A stretch of DNA of 64,000 nt, from positions 124,001-188,000 of the IMG/VR virus record IMGVR_UViG_3300027708_000012; one strand, written 5' to 3'. Position 1 is the stretch's first letter, and the number at the start of each line of letters is the position of its first letter. Shown in pieces: positions 21,331 through 30,229 of the stretch. Below the pieces are notes generated by a model, which had not been told where the DNA came from, made no database searches, and saw nothing but the letters and a program-made list of their open reading frames with translations. The translations under genes were made by a program, and so were the position numbers.

Positions 21331-21331
21331 A

Positions 21332-21604
21332 TTAAGCTCCTGCTACAGCATTAGCTACAGCTTGTGCATTATTTTGACCTGCTGGTGCTGCTGTTTGTTG
21401 TGCAGCTTGCTGTGCAGTAACAGAGTCGAGGAATGTGGTAAGTTTAGTATATGTTTGTCCAACCGCTACCATTTCATTTGGTTTAAATGCACCGCGTGAG
21501 CTGGCAATATCAATAATTACTTTCATGGCATTCAAGTCGTTGATAGTAAGATCGTTGCTTTGAGCAGCATCTGCTGCAGGTTGTTGATTTTGTGCGTCAG
21601 TCAT
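21332..21604 (-). CDS. Hypothetical protein (Ala/Gln-rich termini)
   Basis: 90 aa ORF with AAGGAG SD. Confidence 0.6.
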   Translation of the reverse strand: MTDAQNQQPAADAAQSNDLTINDLNAMKVIIDIASSRGAFKPNEMVAVGQTYTKLTTFLDSVTAQQAAQQTAAPAGQNNAQAVANAVAGA

Positions 21605-21639
21605 TGTAATCTCCTTAAGGGTAATGGCTATAAATTTAA

Positions 21640-21927
21640 TTATCTCGTTTGTAATAGTGGACAGGCAATTGTGAAAAAACTTAGCTCTTTTTCACTTTCA
21701 AAACCAATGCGTGTTACATATACAATTGTATTGGTATTATCTAAACTAACATCCTGTCCTATATAATATCTATTATTTAAATTCTTACGTATCCAAGAAT
21801 CTAAAGATTTGACTAGCGTTGGTGTGTACTTGTCAATAGTTGAATATTTAAAATGAGGACAAGCAAAATCAACCCTACGTAAATTAAAGTAATTTAAAGG
21901 GTTGGGTTTGCCATTTTTAATTGCCAT
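21640..21927 (-). CDS. Hypothetical protein
   Basis: 95 aa ORF, TAATG-coupled to the upstream gene. Confidence 0.55.
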   Translation of the reverse strand: MAIKNGKPNPLNYFNLRRVDFACPHFKYSTIDKYTPTLVKSLDSWIRKNLNNRYYIGQDVSLDNTNTIVYVTRIGFESEKELSFFTIACPLLQTR

Positions 21928-23114
21928 TAAGCGTGTTCCCTAACTTCTTCGTAATACGCATATTCTCCAAACGGAGGAACAATAGAGTTATTGCCGTGAA
22001 TGATGAATATTGTATCACAGTAGTTTTCGTCACCCCAGCTACCCCAAGGGTAACCGTCTGTAAACATGATAAACTTTTTAGGCTGGATATCATTTTCTTT
22101 CATGTATTCCCAGTTGGCATCAAACTCAGTGCCACCACCTCCCATTGGCTCGTAGTAATCAAACTCGTCAATTGTGTAGCCGTCGTAACTCGCTTCATTA
22201 TAAACTTTAGTGTCAAAACACCACAATTTAATTTTAAAGTCTTTGTACTCTTGCATAATACCTTTGATCTCTGCCAAAAAGTCTTTTGCTTGTTCGTCAC
22301 CAATTGAACCCGACATGTCTATTGCAATACAAATGTCAATGGTATCTTCAAATTGTGTGCCTGGTAGAATAGCACTCATGTGCCAGCCCTTACGATTAGG
22401 ACGCATAAACGAGTAATCGTTCTTAATAGTGCTTTGGATTTGTTGACGCAAAATTTCACGCCAGTTCATCTTAGGCTCTGTTAATTCCTTAATCATGCGT
22501 TGTACGCTAGCGGGAGTATTTCCCGCACCCGCGGCCTGTGCCGCTTGCATTGTTGCTTCACGGATCTCGTCACGGATTTGTTTTAGTTCTTCTTTTGAAT
22601 AACTAGGCTTGTTACCATTAGTATCCTTATCGCCCCAATCAATGTGATCATCGAGCAATTGACCAAGCGCATCCAATTCTTGCTCATCCATTTCGTCAAA
22701 GATTTTATCGTAAACTTCTTCTGCACCCATACCATAGTACTTAGGATCGTGGAAGATTTTAATACCTTCAATATTGTGTTCGCCGATGCGGTCACGAACC
22801 AATTGTCCGTTTACACAATAGTCAGCGGCAATATTAAAAATACGTGCATTGCGTCCTTCGCGTCGAGCCATATGGTCAAAAACATTGTGAAGAATTTCGT
22901 GTGCAATAACAAACTCAACTTGTTTAACACTAAGTGGTTCAAAAAACTTACGATTAAAATAGATGGTGCGACCGTCTGTTGCAGCGGTACCCATCCATTC
23001 GGAACCTTCTTCGATCTTCAACCGAGTTGCCATATTGCCAAAGAAAGGATGGCGAAGTAGTAGACCCACACGGGCTACGATAATTTTGTCAATAATTGGA
23101 TCTGCGTGTGACAT
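21927..23114 (-). CDS. Metallopeptidase-like (HExxH) plus VWA domain protein (DUF2201-type partner of MoxR)
   Basis: AHEILH motif; VWA MIDAS DMSGS...GGGT...FTDG. Start moved to MSHAD (23114) because of a GGAG SD and its position downstream of the promoter. Confidence 0.85.
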   Translation of the reverse strand: MSHADPIIDKIIVARVGLLLRHPFFGNMATRLKIEEGSEWMGTAATDGRTIYFNRKFFEPLSVKQVEFVIAHEILHNVFDHMARREGRNARIFNIAADYCVNGQLVRDRIGEHNIEGIKIFHDPKYYGMGAEEVYDKIFDEMDEQELDALGQLLDDHIDWGDKDTNGNKPSYSKEELKQIRDEIREATMQAAQAAGAGNTPASVQRMIKELTEPKMNWREILRQQIQSTIKNDYSFMRPNRKGWHMSAILPGTQFEDTIDICIAIDMSGSIGDEQAKDFLAEIKGIMQEYKDFKIKLWCFDTKVYNEASYDGYTIDEFDYYEPMGGGGTEFDANWEYMKENDIQPKKFIMFTDGYPWGSWGDENYCDTIFIIHGNNSIVPPFGEYAYYEEVREHA

Positions 23115-23143
23115 ATATGCTCCTGAATATTTACTATGTATAT

Positions 23144-23172
23144 AGTATAACACCTCCCGGAGGAGGTGTCAA
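23144..23172 (-). promoter_or_regulatory. Sigma70-like promoter whose spacer forms a hairpin
   Basis: TTGACA-17 nt-TATACT; ACACCTCC-TCCG-GGAGGTGT at 23150-23169. Confidence 0.75.
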
Positions 23173-23188
23173 ATAGTGCTAAACCAAA

Positions 23189-24280
23189 TTAGTTTTTGTC
23201 AGTTGCTGCCGCAATGTACTTGCCAAACTTAGCATGGAACTTGTCAAAACACTCGATCTCATCTGGATCCAATGGCAATTTGTAAGTAGACAATGCCAAC
23301 TTAGTACCCATGATAACCAATTCTGTTTCAAAATTATCCATAATAAATTGGAAGAAGTTGTTAACTTGTTCATTCCAATTTTTAGCCTTCTTATCGCAAG
23401 AATCTTTCAATTCGTAGCACAAGGACACAGTCAAGGAATACATAGCTGAAATTTCTTTACTATCCATTTTCTTAACTTTGCCGTTCAAGATATCTGTAGG
23501 ATTAGGCATCTTGCTGGCGTGTTTACGATGTGCCATAAACTTAATAGCAAGACCTTCGCCAACAGAACCTGACACCAAATCAGTCAATGTTTCGTTATCG
23601 CAATCGTCGTCATGCAACAACTCAGAAACGAAAGACCAGCTACGTGGAGTAGCAAACGAGCGTGAACTAGACTTTGGATCAAAGTCGTACAAGTCCTTTT
23701 TAGAGAAGCTCAAGAAACCAACCACGTCCTTGTGGATTTTGTTCTCTGCAGCCCAGTCAAAGTAGTCGTCCCAATTAACTTGCATTTCCAAGTGAACAAA
23801 ACGATTAGCCAACGGAGCAGGCATACGGAATGTAACACCTTTATCAGTTTCACGGTTACCTGCAGCAACAATTGAAACGTTATCTGGCAAACTATAAGTA
23901 CCGACCTTACGATTCAAAACCAATTGATAAGCAGCAGCTTGTACACTAGGAGCCGCACTATTCATTTCGTCCAAGAACAAAATAATGTTTTTATGTTTAG
24001 CCGCAAACTCTTTGCTAGGCAATTCACTAGGCGGTGCCCAAACCATAGTGCCTGTATTGCTATCAAAATAAGGAATACCTTTAATGTCAGTAGGTTCCCA
24101 CAGGCTCAAACGCACATCAATAACATGAGCATCAAGCTCAGTACCAAGTTGTTTAATAATGTCGGACTTGCCAATTCCTGGAGGACCCCACAGGAAAATT
24201 GGACGCTTGTTATTAAAGGCCTTGCGCAAGGACTTTTTAGCACCGTTTGGACCAACTGTGCGGCTGGAAATTTCTGCCAT
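23189..24280 (-). CDS. MoxR-like AAA+ ATPase
   Basis: Walker A GPPGIGKS, Walker B LFLDEMN, and AAGNR...PLANRF. Confidence 0.9.
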   Translation of the reverse strand: MAEISSRTVGPNGAKKSLRKAFNNKRPIFLWGPPGIGKSDIIKQLGTELDAHVIDVRLSLWEPTDIKGIPYFDSNTGTMVWAPPSELPSKEFAAKHKNIILFLDEMNSAAPSVQAAAYQLVLNRKVGTYSLPDNVSIVAAGNRETDKGVTFRMPAPLANRFVHLEMQVNWDDYFDWAAENKIHKDVVGFLSFSKKDLYDFDPKSSSRSFATPRSWSFVSELLHDDDCDNETLTDLVSGSVGEGLAIKFMAHRKHASKMPNPTDILNGKVKKMDSKEISAMYSLTVSLCYELKDSCDKKAKNWNEQVNNFFQFIMDNFETELVIMGTKLALSTYKLPLDPDEIECFDKFHAKFGKYIAAATDKN

Positions 24281-24336
24281 TTTGTTTCCTATCTTAGTTA
24301 AAAATTGTTGTTACGAATAACGTTGTCTATGTATGT

Positions 24337-24365
24337 ATTATAACGCCTATCTGTATTTGCGTCAA
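24337..24365 (-). promoter_or_regulatory. Sigma70-like promoter
   Basis: TTGACG-17 nt-TATAAT upstream of the AAA ATPase. Confidence 0.75.
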
Positions 24366-24381
24366 CAATTTTTTTATCTAA

Positions 24382-24783
24382 TTAGTCTGTTTTGGCTAAT
24401 TCTTTTTCCCGCTCATTCATCGCTTTGATAAGTCCAAACTTTCTAATGTCGTCACTAAACAACATTAGCTCAAAACTCTTGCGCTCAGAAAATACTGTAA
24501 TTGACATATTGGTAAGATAGTACGGACAATCTACATATCTTTCCAAAAATATAATTGTTTGGGGACTGAGTTCGATTGGTTCAGTAAATGGAATCTCGTA
24601 CTCTTTCAAATCCAATTCTTTTACCAAAAATTCATACCCTTCGTCACTAAGCCGAAATGCAGTTTCTTTTCCTACTCGGGTACTTTGCCACCATTTACGA
24701 GAAAATAGTTTGAGATTAGCATCATCAATACTCTTACCCCATTGTTGTAAAAATATTTTGGTTAATGCATCTCGGGTTATCAT
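24382..24783 (-). CDS. Hypothetical protein
   Basis: 133 aa ORF with ATGA overlap. Confidence 0.55.
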   Translation of the reverse strand: MITRDALTKIFLQQWGKSIDDANLKLFSRKWWQSTRVGKETAFRLSDEGYEFLVKELDLKEYEIPFTEPIELSPQTIIFLERYVDCPYYLTNMSITVFSERKSFELMLFSDDIRKFGLIKAMNEREKELAKTD

Positions 24784-25064
24784 TTTACAATCGATCCTTC
24801 GGTTAGCTTAACTACTTGAAAATCTTCTGTACCGTAGGTTAAGTTTAACTTCTTGGCTAAATTGATTGCATGCCCAGGGTTACTAAATGATACTTTTTTG
24901 TACTTCGGGCCAGGGTAACTCGTGAGGCTATTAAAACTCTTTAAATTAAAGGGTTTATTTTTATAAAATACAGCCCAAATTGCTTCTGCTTCCAGAACTT
25001 GTTCTGCTTTATAATTTTTCCTGTTTACGTACTCAAGTAGTACTTGCGGCTTCGGTCGACTCAT
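24780..25064 (-). CDS. Hypothetical basic protein
   Basis: 94 aa ORF with GAGGA SD, preceded by a TAAATA motif. Confidence 0.6.
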   Translation of the reverse strand: MSRPKPQVLLEYVNRKNYKAEQVLEAEAIWAVFYKNKPFNLKSFNSLTSYPGPKYKKVSFSNPGHAINLAKKLNLTYGTEDFQVVKLTEGSIVK

Positions 25065-25099
25065 TGCGTATCCTCGAATATATACGCATATATTTATCT

Positions 25100-25345
25100 C
25101 TATTTGTCCTTAAAACCGCCACCATCCATACTAACAGTAATAACCTCTGTTTCTGAACTATTTTTTAGCTCTAAAAACAATGCTGTATAGTCTTGTAATA
25201 GCTTATCTTGTATCTCTAACAAGGCAAGATTTAGTAGACGTGCTTGCTGAATAGGCATTTTAATTTCTTTACTTTGCGTTAATTCAGCAGCACGTAATAC
25301 TTGTGCAAACTGTGTAATTGGTGTTAAATTAATCTGATTTGACAT
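25100..25345 (-). CDS. Hypothetical protein
   Basis: 81 aa ORF. Confidence 0.5.
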   Translation of the reverse strand: MSNQINLTPITQFAQVLRAAELTQSKEIKMPIQQARLLNLALLEIQDKLLQDYTALFLELKNSSETEVITVSMDGGGFKDK

Positions 25346-25808
25346 TAGACAATACTTGTTTCATTTCAAATTCAGTTTTAAACGGTCCTTTAAATTCATT
25401 ACGTTCTAGTGTAATGACCTTAGGGCAGAATGATTTAACCCATCCTTTGTTAAACTTGATAGTATAGTAGCCTGCGCAATACAAACTCTTGCTGGCATTA
25501 CTCTTAGTAAACAGGGGTAATTTACGGCGCACATCATACATGGCGTTGTATGGAGTTACACTGGTAGGGTATCCGTGGCAGTCGTTGGGTTCCGATTGAC
25601 TGACTTTAACCTTTGTACTGGTTAAGAAAAAGTTAGAACCAAATTGTTTTGTGAGGTCTTGTTTTTTATTAAACATTACTTCACCGTTACTATTAGATAG
25701 TACGAACTTATTATTTTCTTTTTTGTGTAGTGTTGCAACTTTAGAACCGTCTTGTTCTACAATCCAAAACTTACCATCCACAATAGGCTTGGCGTATATT
25801 TCTGTCAT
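25329..25808 (-). CDS. Hypothetical protein
   Basis: Likely start at MTEIYAK (25808) after AAGGAG. Confidence 0.6.
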   Translation of the reverse strand: MTEIYAKPIVDGKFWIVEQDGSKVATLHKKENNKFVLSNSNGEVMFNKKQDLTKQFGSNFFLTSTKVKVSQSEPNDCHGYPTSVTPYNAMYDVRRKLPLFTKSNASKSLYCAGYYTIKFNKGWVKSFCPKVITLERNEFKGPFKTEFEMKQVLSNVKSD

Positions 25809-25861
25809 ATTTTTCTCCTTGATATTATTCAGCCCCGTAGGCACTAGAATAATGTGTGTAT

Positions 25862-26371
25862 TTATTCATTATTTTGACTATCAAAAGGCCATTTTGGCAT
25901 AGATTCTTTAATTTCTGCCATAGTAGGCCGTTTTTCTAATTTTACATTTTCTTCAATGACAGTGCCATCATCTTCGCATAAGCTAACTTGGAATGGTGCA
26001 TATACAAGAACAGATGTATCTTCTTCTTGCCAATCGTGTTCGCCATCAAATAGCCAACCTGCTCCGCCTTCGTAGTAAGCTTCTCGAATGGCTTCTTGTT
26101 CTTCTTCGGTGATATCGTCGCTGTATTCTATTTCAATATTAATGCTATCATCAAACTCACAACCCCACCCAGGCTCAGATTTGGCATAGGCAACCTGGCT
26201 ATCTTCATAGGGCAAGTTACAGTCCATATCATCTTCAATAAAGCCTTGACCCCAGCGGAATGTTTTGTCTAGATTAAACCAGCTAATAGACCCGTCCGCA
26301 TTGTTGCGATACATTTCTACATGCCAGACAATGCTTTTCTTTTCAAGCGGAGTTATACGATATACAGCCAT
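25862..26371 (-). CDS. Hypothetical acidic protein
   Basis: 169 aa, Asp/Glu-rich. Confidence 0.55.
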   Translation of the reverse strand: MAVYRITPLEKKSIVWHVEMYRNNADGSISWFNLDKTFRWGQGFIEDDMDCNLPYEDSQVAYAKSEPGWGCEFDDSINIEIEYSDDITEEEQEAIREAYYEGGAGWLFDGEHDWQEEDTSVLVYAPFQVSLCEDDGTVIEENVKLEKRPTMAEIKESMPKWPFDSQNNE

Positions 26372-26383
26372 GACATTACCTGA

Positions 26384-26512
26384 TTAAAGTAACTCGTATT
26401 CTTCTTTACCGCAACCACACTCGGGGCAAAGGAAATCTTCTGGTAGATCATCCCATTTACCTTCTGTTTCTTCATCGTGGACATGACCACAAACTATGCA
26501 TACGTGTTCCAT
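26384..26512 (-). CDS. Rubredoxin (42 aa; not in the ORF track)
   Basis: Manual translation gives MEHVCIVCGHVHDEETEGKWDDLPEDFLCPECGCGKEEYELL, with two CxxCG motifs and W.DLP.DF.CP. TAATG-coupled to rubrerythrin. Confidence 0.9.
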   Translation of the reverse strand: MEHVCIVCGHVHDEETEGKWDDLPEDFLCPECGCGKEEYELL

Positions 26513-26961
26513 TATAGTGCCTCCAATTTTGCTTGATATGCTTCAGCATGACGCTTTTCAATTTTGCTCAATGCGGCAAAACGTTTTTCTGCTTTTGCTA
26601 AAACAGCTGCAAATTGCTCTGCATGTTCTTTACTTTCGGCAATTTGATCTTGTGCTTCTTGTGCAGCGGCAACATTGCCTTCGCTGATAGCAATAGCTTC
26701 AAACTGTGGGTACATTGTAGTAAACTCGTAAGTTTCACCTTCAATTGCTTTTTCCAAACATTCTTTAGTTGAAGGTTTACCGATGAGCAATTCCAAATGA
26801 CCCCATGCGTGTTTGAGTTCTTGATCTGCGGTATGTTCGAAGTGCTTTGCAATTTCTTCATGACCCTCTTCGCGAGCAATCTTTGCAAAGTATCGATATT
26901 TGATATGCGCTTGGCTTTCGCCGGCTAACGCACTGCCTAAATTTGCTAATGTAGCTGACAT
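26512..26961 (-). CDS. rbr: Rubrerythrin (di-iron domain only)
   Basis: NL..ALAGESQA..KY..FA..A..EG...IA..F...A.QE..HA, then EGETYE..MYP and E..HA. Confidence 0.9.
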   Translation of the reverse strand: MSATLANLGSALAGESQAHIKYRYFAKIAREEGHEEIAKHFEHTADQELKHAWGHLELLIGKPSTKECLEKAIEGETYEFTTMYPQFEAIAISEGNVAAAQEAQDQIAESKEHAEQFAAVLAKAEKRFAALSKIEKRHAEAYQAKLEAL

Positions 26962-26971
26962 TTTTTTCTCC

Positions 26972-27163
26972 TTATTGATCTAATGGCAACGAATTCCACT
27001 CTTTAATTAGAGCGATAACTTCATCTTCTGTATTACACAGAGTTTTTGTAGTAGCCCAGTCTTCTTTTTTATTGCGACCACCAATCTCTACCATCCATCC
27101 GTTGTCGTAACGATTGATAGAAATATTTTCATTTACTTTTGCTAGTTTAGCTAGTTGTGACAT
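26972..27163 (-). CDS. Hypothetical protein
   Basis: 63 aa ORF with AAGGAG SD. Confidence 0.55.
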   Translation of the reverse strand: MSQLAKLAKVNENISINRYDNGWMVEIGGRNKKEDWATTKTLCNTEDEVIALIKEWNSLPLDQ

Positions 27164-28151
27164 TTAGTTCTCCTTGATATTTGGCTTGAAATGGTTCTGC
27201 ATACTGCTGAATATTATCAGCAATCTTTTTCATATCCCATGCATTGCAGAATTTTAACATGCGAATTCCTACTTGATCTACAGTTTTGGATACAGCATTT
27301 GTTTTAATTGTTTCTACTATTTTTTCTTTAATGTCTGCAGGTTGTGCTGTTAAATCACATAGCTGTACATTACGCTGATAATCTTCTAGTACTCTGTGTT
27401 CGACGCCGTTATGGTCAACCCATCTCTGAAGCATGAGATTGTTCCACGCATATCCGCGGCTTTTACGATCTTCGAACGCTTCAGTAAGACCAACTTTGTT
27501 TTTAGAACCTTTAGTACGCACACCTGGATACGCCGAGAAGACATTATCACTGGTATCACCACGCATACATTTCTCGAACAGCATCCATTCTGGATCTTGT
27601 GCTGGCTTTGGCTCGCCTGTCTTTTTGTCTTTAACGGGTTTGCCTTTGGCATCGAAGATTCCTTCGTGTGTAATATGTAAATCTCCCACGCCGTTATATT
27701 GACTAACAGTAGGACTTACCAATTGTGCAAAATCTCCATCTGTCGAAATAATAACGTGCTTTGCTTCTGGGTGTGCTTGAATCCAGCCAGCAATCAAATC
27801 GTCAGCTTCTAGATTAGGATGTTGTATTACAGTGGCATTAGTCTTTTCTGTAATAAACTTTTTAAATTCGTCAAATGCTTCCCAGAACAATTTATCTTCT
27901 TCTTGTTCTCGTTGTGTCATTGCCGCACGATTCTCTGCACGATTTGCTTTGTACGGCTTATAAAAATCCTTACGCCAGCTTCGACCCTCGAGGCAGAACA
28001 CTACATGACTACCATCAAAATCGTTCCATGCTTTTTTGATACTATTAAGTGTAATATGAAAAGCCATGCCGAGTTTAATATCAGCAGAGCCTTGTACTAC
28101 ATGTCTAGCACGAAAAAATGTGTTAGCAGTATCAACAATAATATATGTCAT
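27147..28151 (-). CDS. 5'-3' exonuclease / T4 RNase H-like flap nuclease
   Basis: Motifs IVD..N, SWRK..Y..YKANR, EADD, STDGDF.QL and GDTSDNV. Confidence 0.9.
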   Translation of the reverse strand: MTYIIVDTANTFFRARHVVQGSADIKLGMAFHITLNSIKKAWNDFDGSHVVFCLEGRSWRKDFYKPYKANRAENRAAMTQREQEEDKLFWEAFDEFKKFITEKTNATVIQHPNLEADDLIAGWIQAHPEAKHVIISTDGDFAQLVSPTVSQYNGVGDLHITHEGIFDAKGKPVKDKKTGEPKPAQDPEWMLFEKCMRGDTSDNVFSAYPGVRTKGSKNKVGLTEAFEDRKSRGYAWNNLMLQRWVDHNGVEHRVLEDYQRNVQLCDLTAQPADIKEKIVETIKTNAVSKTVDQVGIRMLKFCNAWDMKKIADNIQQYAEPFQAKYQGELNVTTS

Positions 28152-28579
28152 TTAACTTCGGCCTTTCCGCCACCTAATTTACTTACATTAATAAAACCTG
28201 CACTTGATCGACTAGGATCTTGTCCAGCCTCAGCAAGCATATTACCCGCTAAATCTCTGAACCAACGATCTACGATCTCTTCGTCCGGGTCACCGTCAAA
28301 ACCGTAACCCGCTTGCTTTAATTGTACTATAAACAAGTCGTTCCAGTCAAGCTCAAAAAAGCCATTACGAACATTATCTGGATTAATTTTAGTATCCAAA
28401 ACAGATACATATGGTTCGCCTCGAGCCGTTGCCCTAGCTTTTGGATCCATTTTAGCTTGCTCTTCAGCTTCTTGTGCCAGTACAGTTTCGGCAACCGCTT
28501 TATCTCTAACTATTTGAAGAGCTTCTTTTTCAGCTTGCAATTTATCAATGCCAAGCCATTTTTTTAATAATGTTTTCAT
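28148..28579 (-). CDS. Hypothetical protein
   Basis: 143 aa ORF with ATGA overlap. Confidence 0.6.
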   Translation of the reverse strand: MKTLLKKWLGIDKLQAEKEALQIVRDKAVAETVLAQEAEEQAKMDPKARATARGEPYVSVLDTKINPDNVRNGFFELDWNDLFIVQLKQAGYGFDGDPDEEIVDRWFRDLAGNMLAEAGQDPSRSSAGFINVSKLGGGKAEVK

Positions 28580-28680
28580 TCTATATCCTTATCTCTATTA
28601 CTACATATAAATTTAATAATTAGTGCCAACACAATAGTCCATCCAACTATCATACAACACCAAAAAAATAAATTAGACAT
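28576..28680 (-). CDS. Small single-TM membrane peptide (34 aa; not in the ORF track)
   Basis: MSNLFFWCCMIVGWTIVLALIIKFICSNRDKDIE; fills the gap and overlaps both neighbours. Confidence 0.5.
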   Translation of the reverse strand: MSNLFFWCCMIVGWTIVLALIIKFICSNRDKDIE

Positions 28681-29377
28681 TATTCATCTCGTTAGTCAAT
28701 GATTGAAAAATATCTGAATTCATAAAATTTAAAGTTAATTCGTGATCTCTAGGAGTCCTGGGGTCTTCATTTAAATGCAAATCAAATCCAATACTTACAC
28801 GCAGAGTAGATTCCGTATGTTCATCGGTATAGTGCCTTATATATCCTGGAAATATTGAGATATCTCCTTTGGTGTTATCAACTGGAACAATTAAATCTTT
28901 ATCTATTGGGCACCTATAATATGTTTTAGTTTTATAATTATCTAAATGTATATTACCGCTAAGATATGTATAAGGATCGATGCCATGCGCATGTTCGTTA
29001 ATTCTAGAACCTTGCCGCATAACATTATACCAACATACAATATTAATATCCCTTATGTGCGAATGATGATAATGAATATAATTTAAATAAGAAATTTGAA
29101 TAAATTTATACAAGTCGTTTAATTCTGGTAATTCTTTTCCAAACTGAAGTAAATTGTATCTTCCGTATCTACTAGTAATACTATCTATACCAAGTCCAGT
29201 CCCACCATCGTCTCTGTTAGCAGGATATGTATTGATGATTCGTTGCTCGTTATTAATAAGCCACTGTCTAACAATGTCTGTTTTATCAGCATTCCAAATA
29301 TCAGTTCCAATAGTAAAATCCCATGTTGGTGCAAATTCTGTTACAGGATGCATACTTTTTACTTTTAAAAATTTCAT
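28673..29377 (-). CDS. Putative 2OG-Fe(II) oxygenase
   Basis: WYNV...HAH...LSGNIHL...IFPGYIRHY...RVSIGFD, a DSBH pattern with HxH...H...RxS. Confidence 0.7.
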   Translation of the reverse strand: MKFLKVKSMHPVTEFAPTWDFTIGTDIWNADKTDIVRQWLINNEQRIINTYPANRDDGGTGLGIDSITSRYGRYNLLQFGKELPELNDLYKFIQISYLNYIHYHHSHIRDINIVCWYNVMRQGSRINEHAHGIDPYTYLSGNIHLDNYKTKTYYRCPIDKDLIVPVDNTKGDISIFPGYIRHYTDEHTESTLRVSIGFDLHLNEDPRTPRDHELTLNFMNSDIFQSLTNEMNNV

Positions 29378-30229
29378 TTAAGTACCCCATTCATTTTTAA
29401 ATAATGGTACTTGTAATCTGTCACTATATCGCAATCCTGCTTTCATTGCAAGTTCTGCAACACGTCGATTATTTAAAGAATATACACTTTCAACACCGCC
29501 TACTGGCATGAAATAAACTGGTCCTTCAAATCCAGCCAATCTATAAATGTCTGTAACTTCTAATGCTTCGTATGCATCTTGTTCTGTAGCAATAACAAAT
29601 TTTAAATATGTATAACCAATTTCTTGATATTCGCAAACAATATCAGGGCGAATTGCTTCTTCTCGTTTTTCACCACTACAACTTAGTTTGGCACTAACAC
29701 TAAATGTAATTCCTTTATTAAAGGGATCTCTAATAGACCAATCTTGTAAGTATTCTTTAAATTCTGGAGTTATTTGTTGAGTACCATTTGTTTCAAATGT
29801 AATTTCTTTTAATGGTCTCATGTATTCGTGATCTAACAAGTCTGGGTAAGCACGTTGCCAACCTAGCAAAGGCTCACCGCCTGTAATAACAAGATGCTCG
29901 TCTAGCCATGTTTTGTAAGGAAGAATTTCCATAATACGATCTACTATGCCGTTACTTTCCATCATAGGGCTTAAATCTTTAAATCTTGGATCCCAACTTG
30001 CATAGCTATCACAACCTGTGCTAACTAAGGGTAATTCGTTGTATGTTTTAAATTCTGCAATACGTTCTGCAATCAAATCATTTTCAGTACTTAATTGGCC
30101 AGCTGGCATACCAAAGCCCGCACATTTAAAATTACACCCAAATGTACGTAAAAACACAGACGGGACACCCATAAAGCGTCCTTCACCTTGAATACTATAA
30201 AATAGTTCTGCTATTTTAATTTTGCTCAT
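29378..30229 (-). CDS. queE: 7-carboxy-7-deazaguanine synthase (radical SAM)
   Basis: ELFYSIQGEG..GVPSVFLRTFGCNFKC...CDS, ITGGEPLL, FETNGT and LKFVI. Confidence 0.9.
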   Translation of the reverse strand: MSKIKIAELFYSIQGEGRFMGVPSVFLRTFGCNFKCAGFGMPAGQLSTENDLIAERIAEFKTYNELPLVSTGCDSYASWDPRFKDLSPMMESNGIVDRIMEILPYKTWLDEHLVITGGEPLLGWQRAYPDLLDHEYMRPLKEITFETNGTQQITPEFKEYLQDWSIRDPFNKGITFSVSAKLSCSGEKREEAIRPDIVCEYQEIGYTYLKFVIATEQDAYEALEVTDIYRLAGFEGPVYFMPVGGVESVYSLNNRRVAELAMKAGLRYSDRLQVPLFKNEWGT

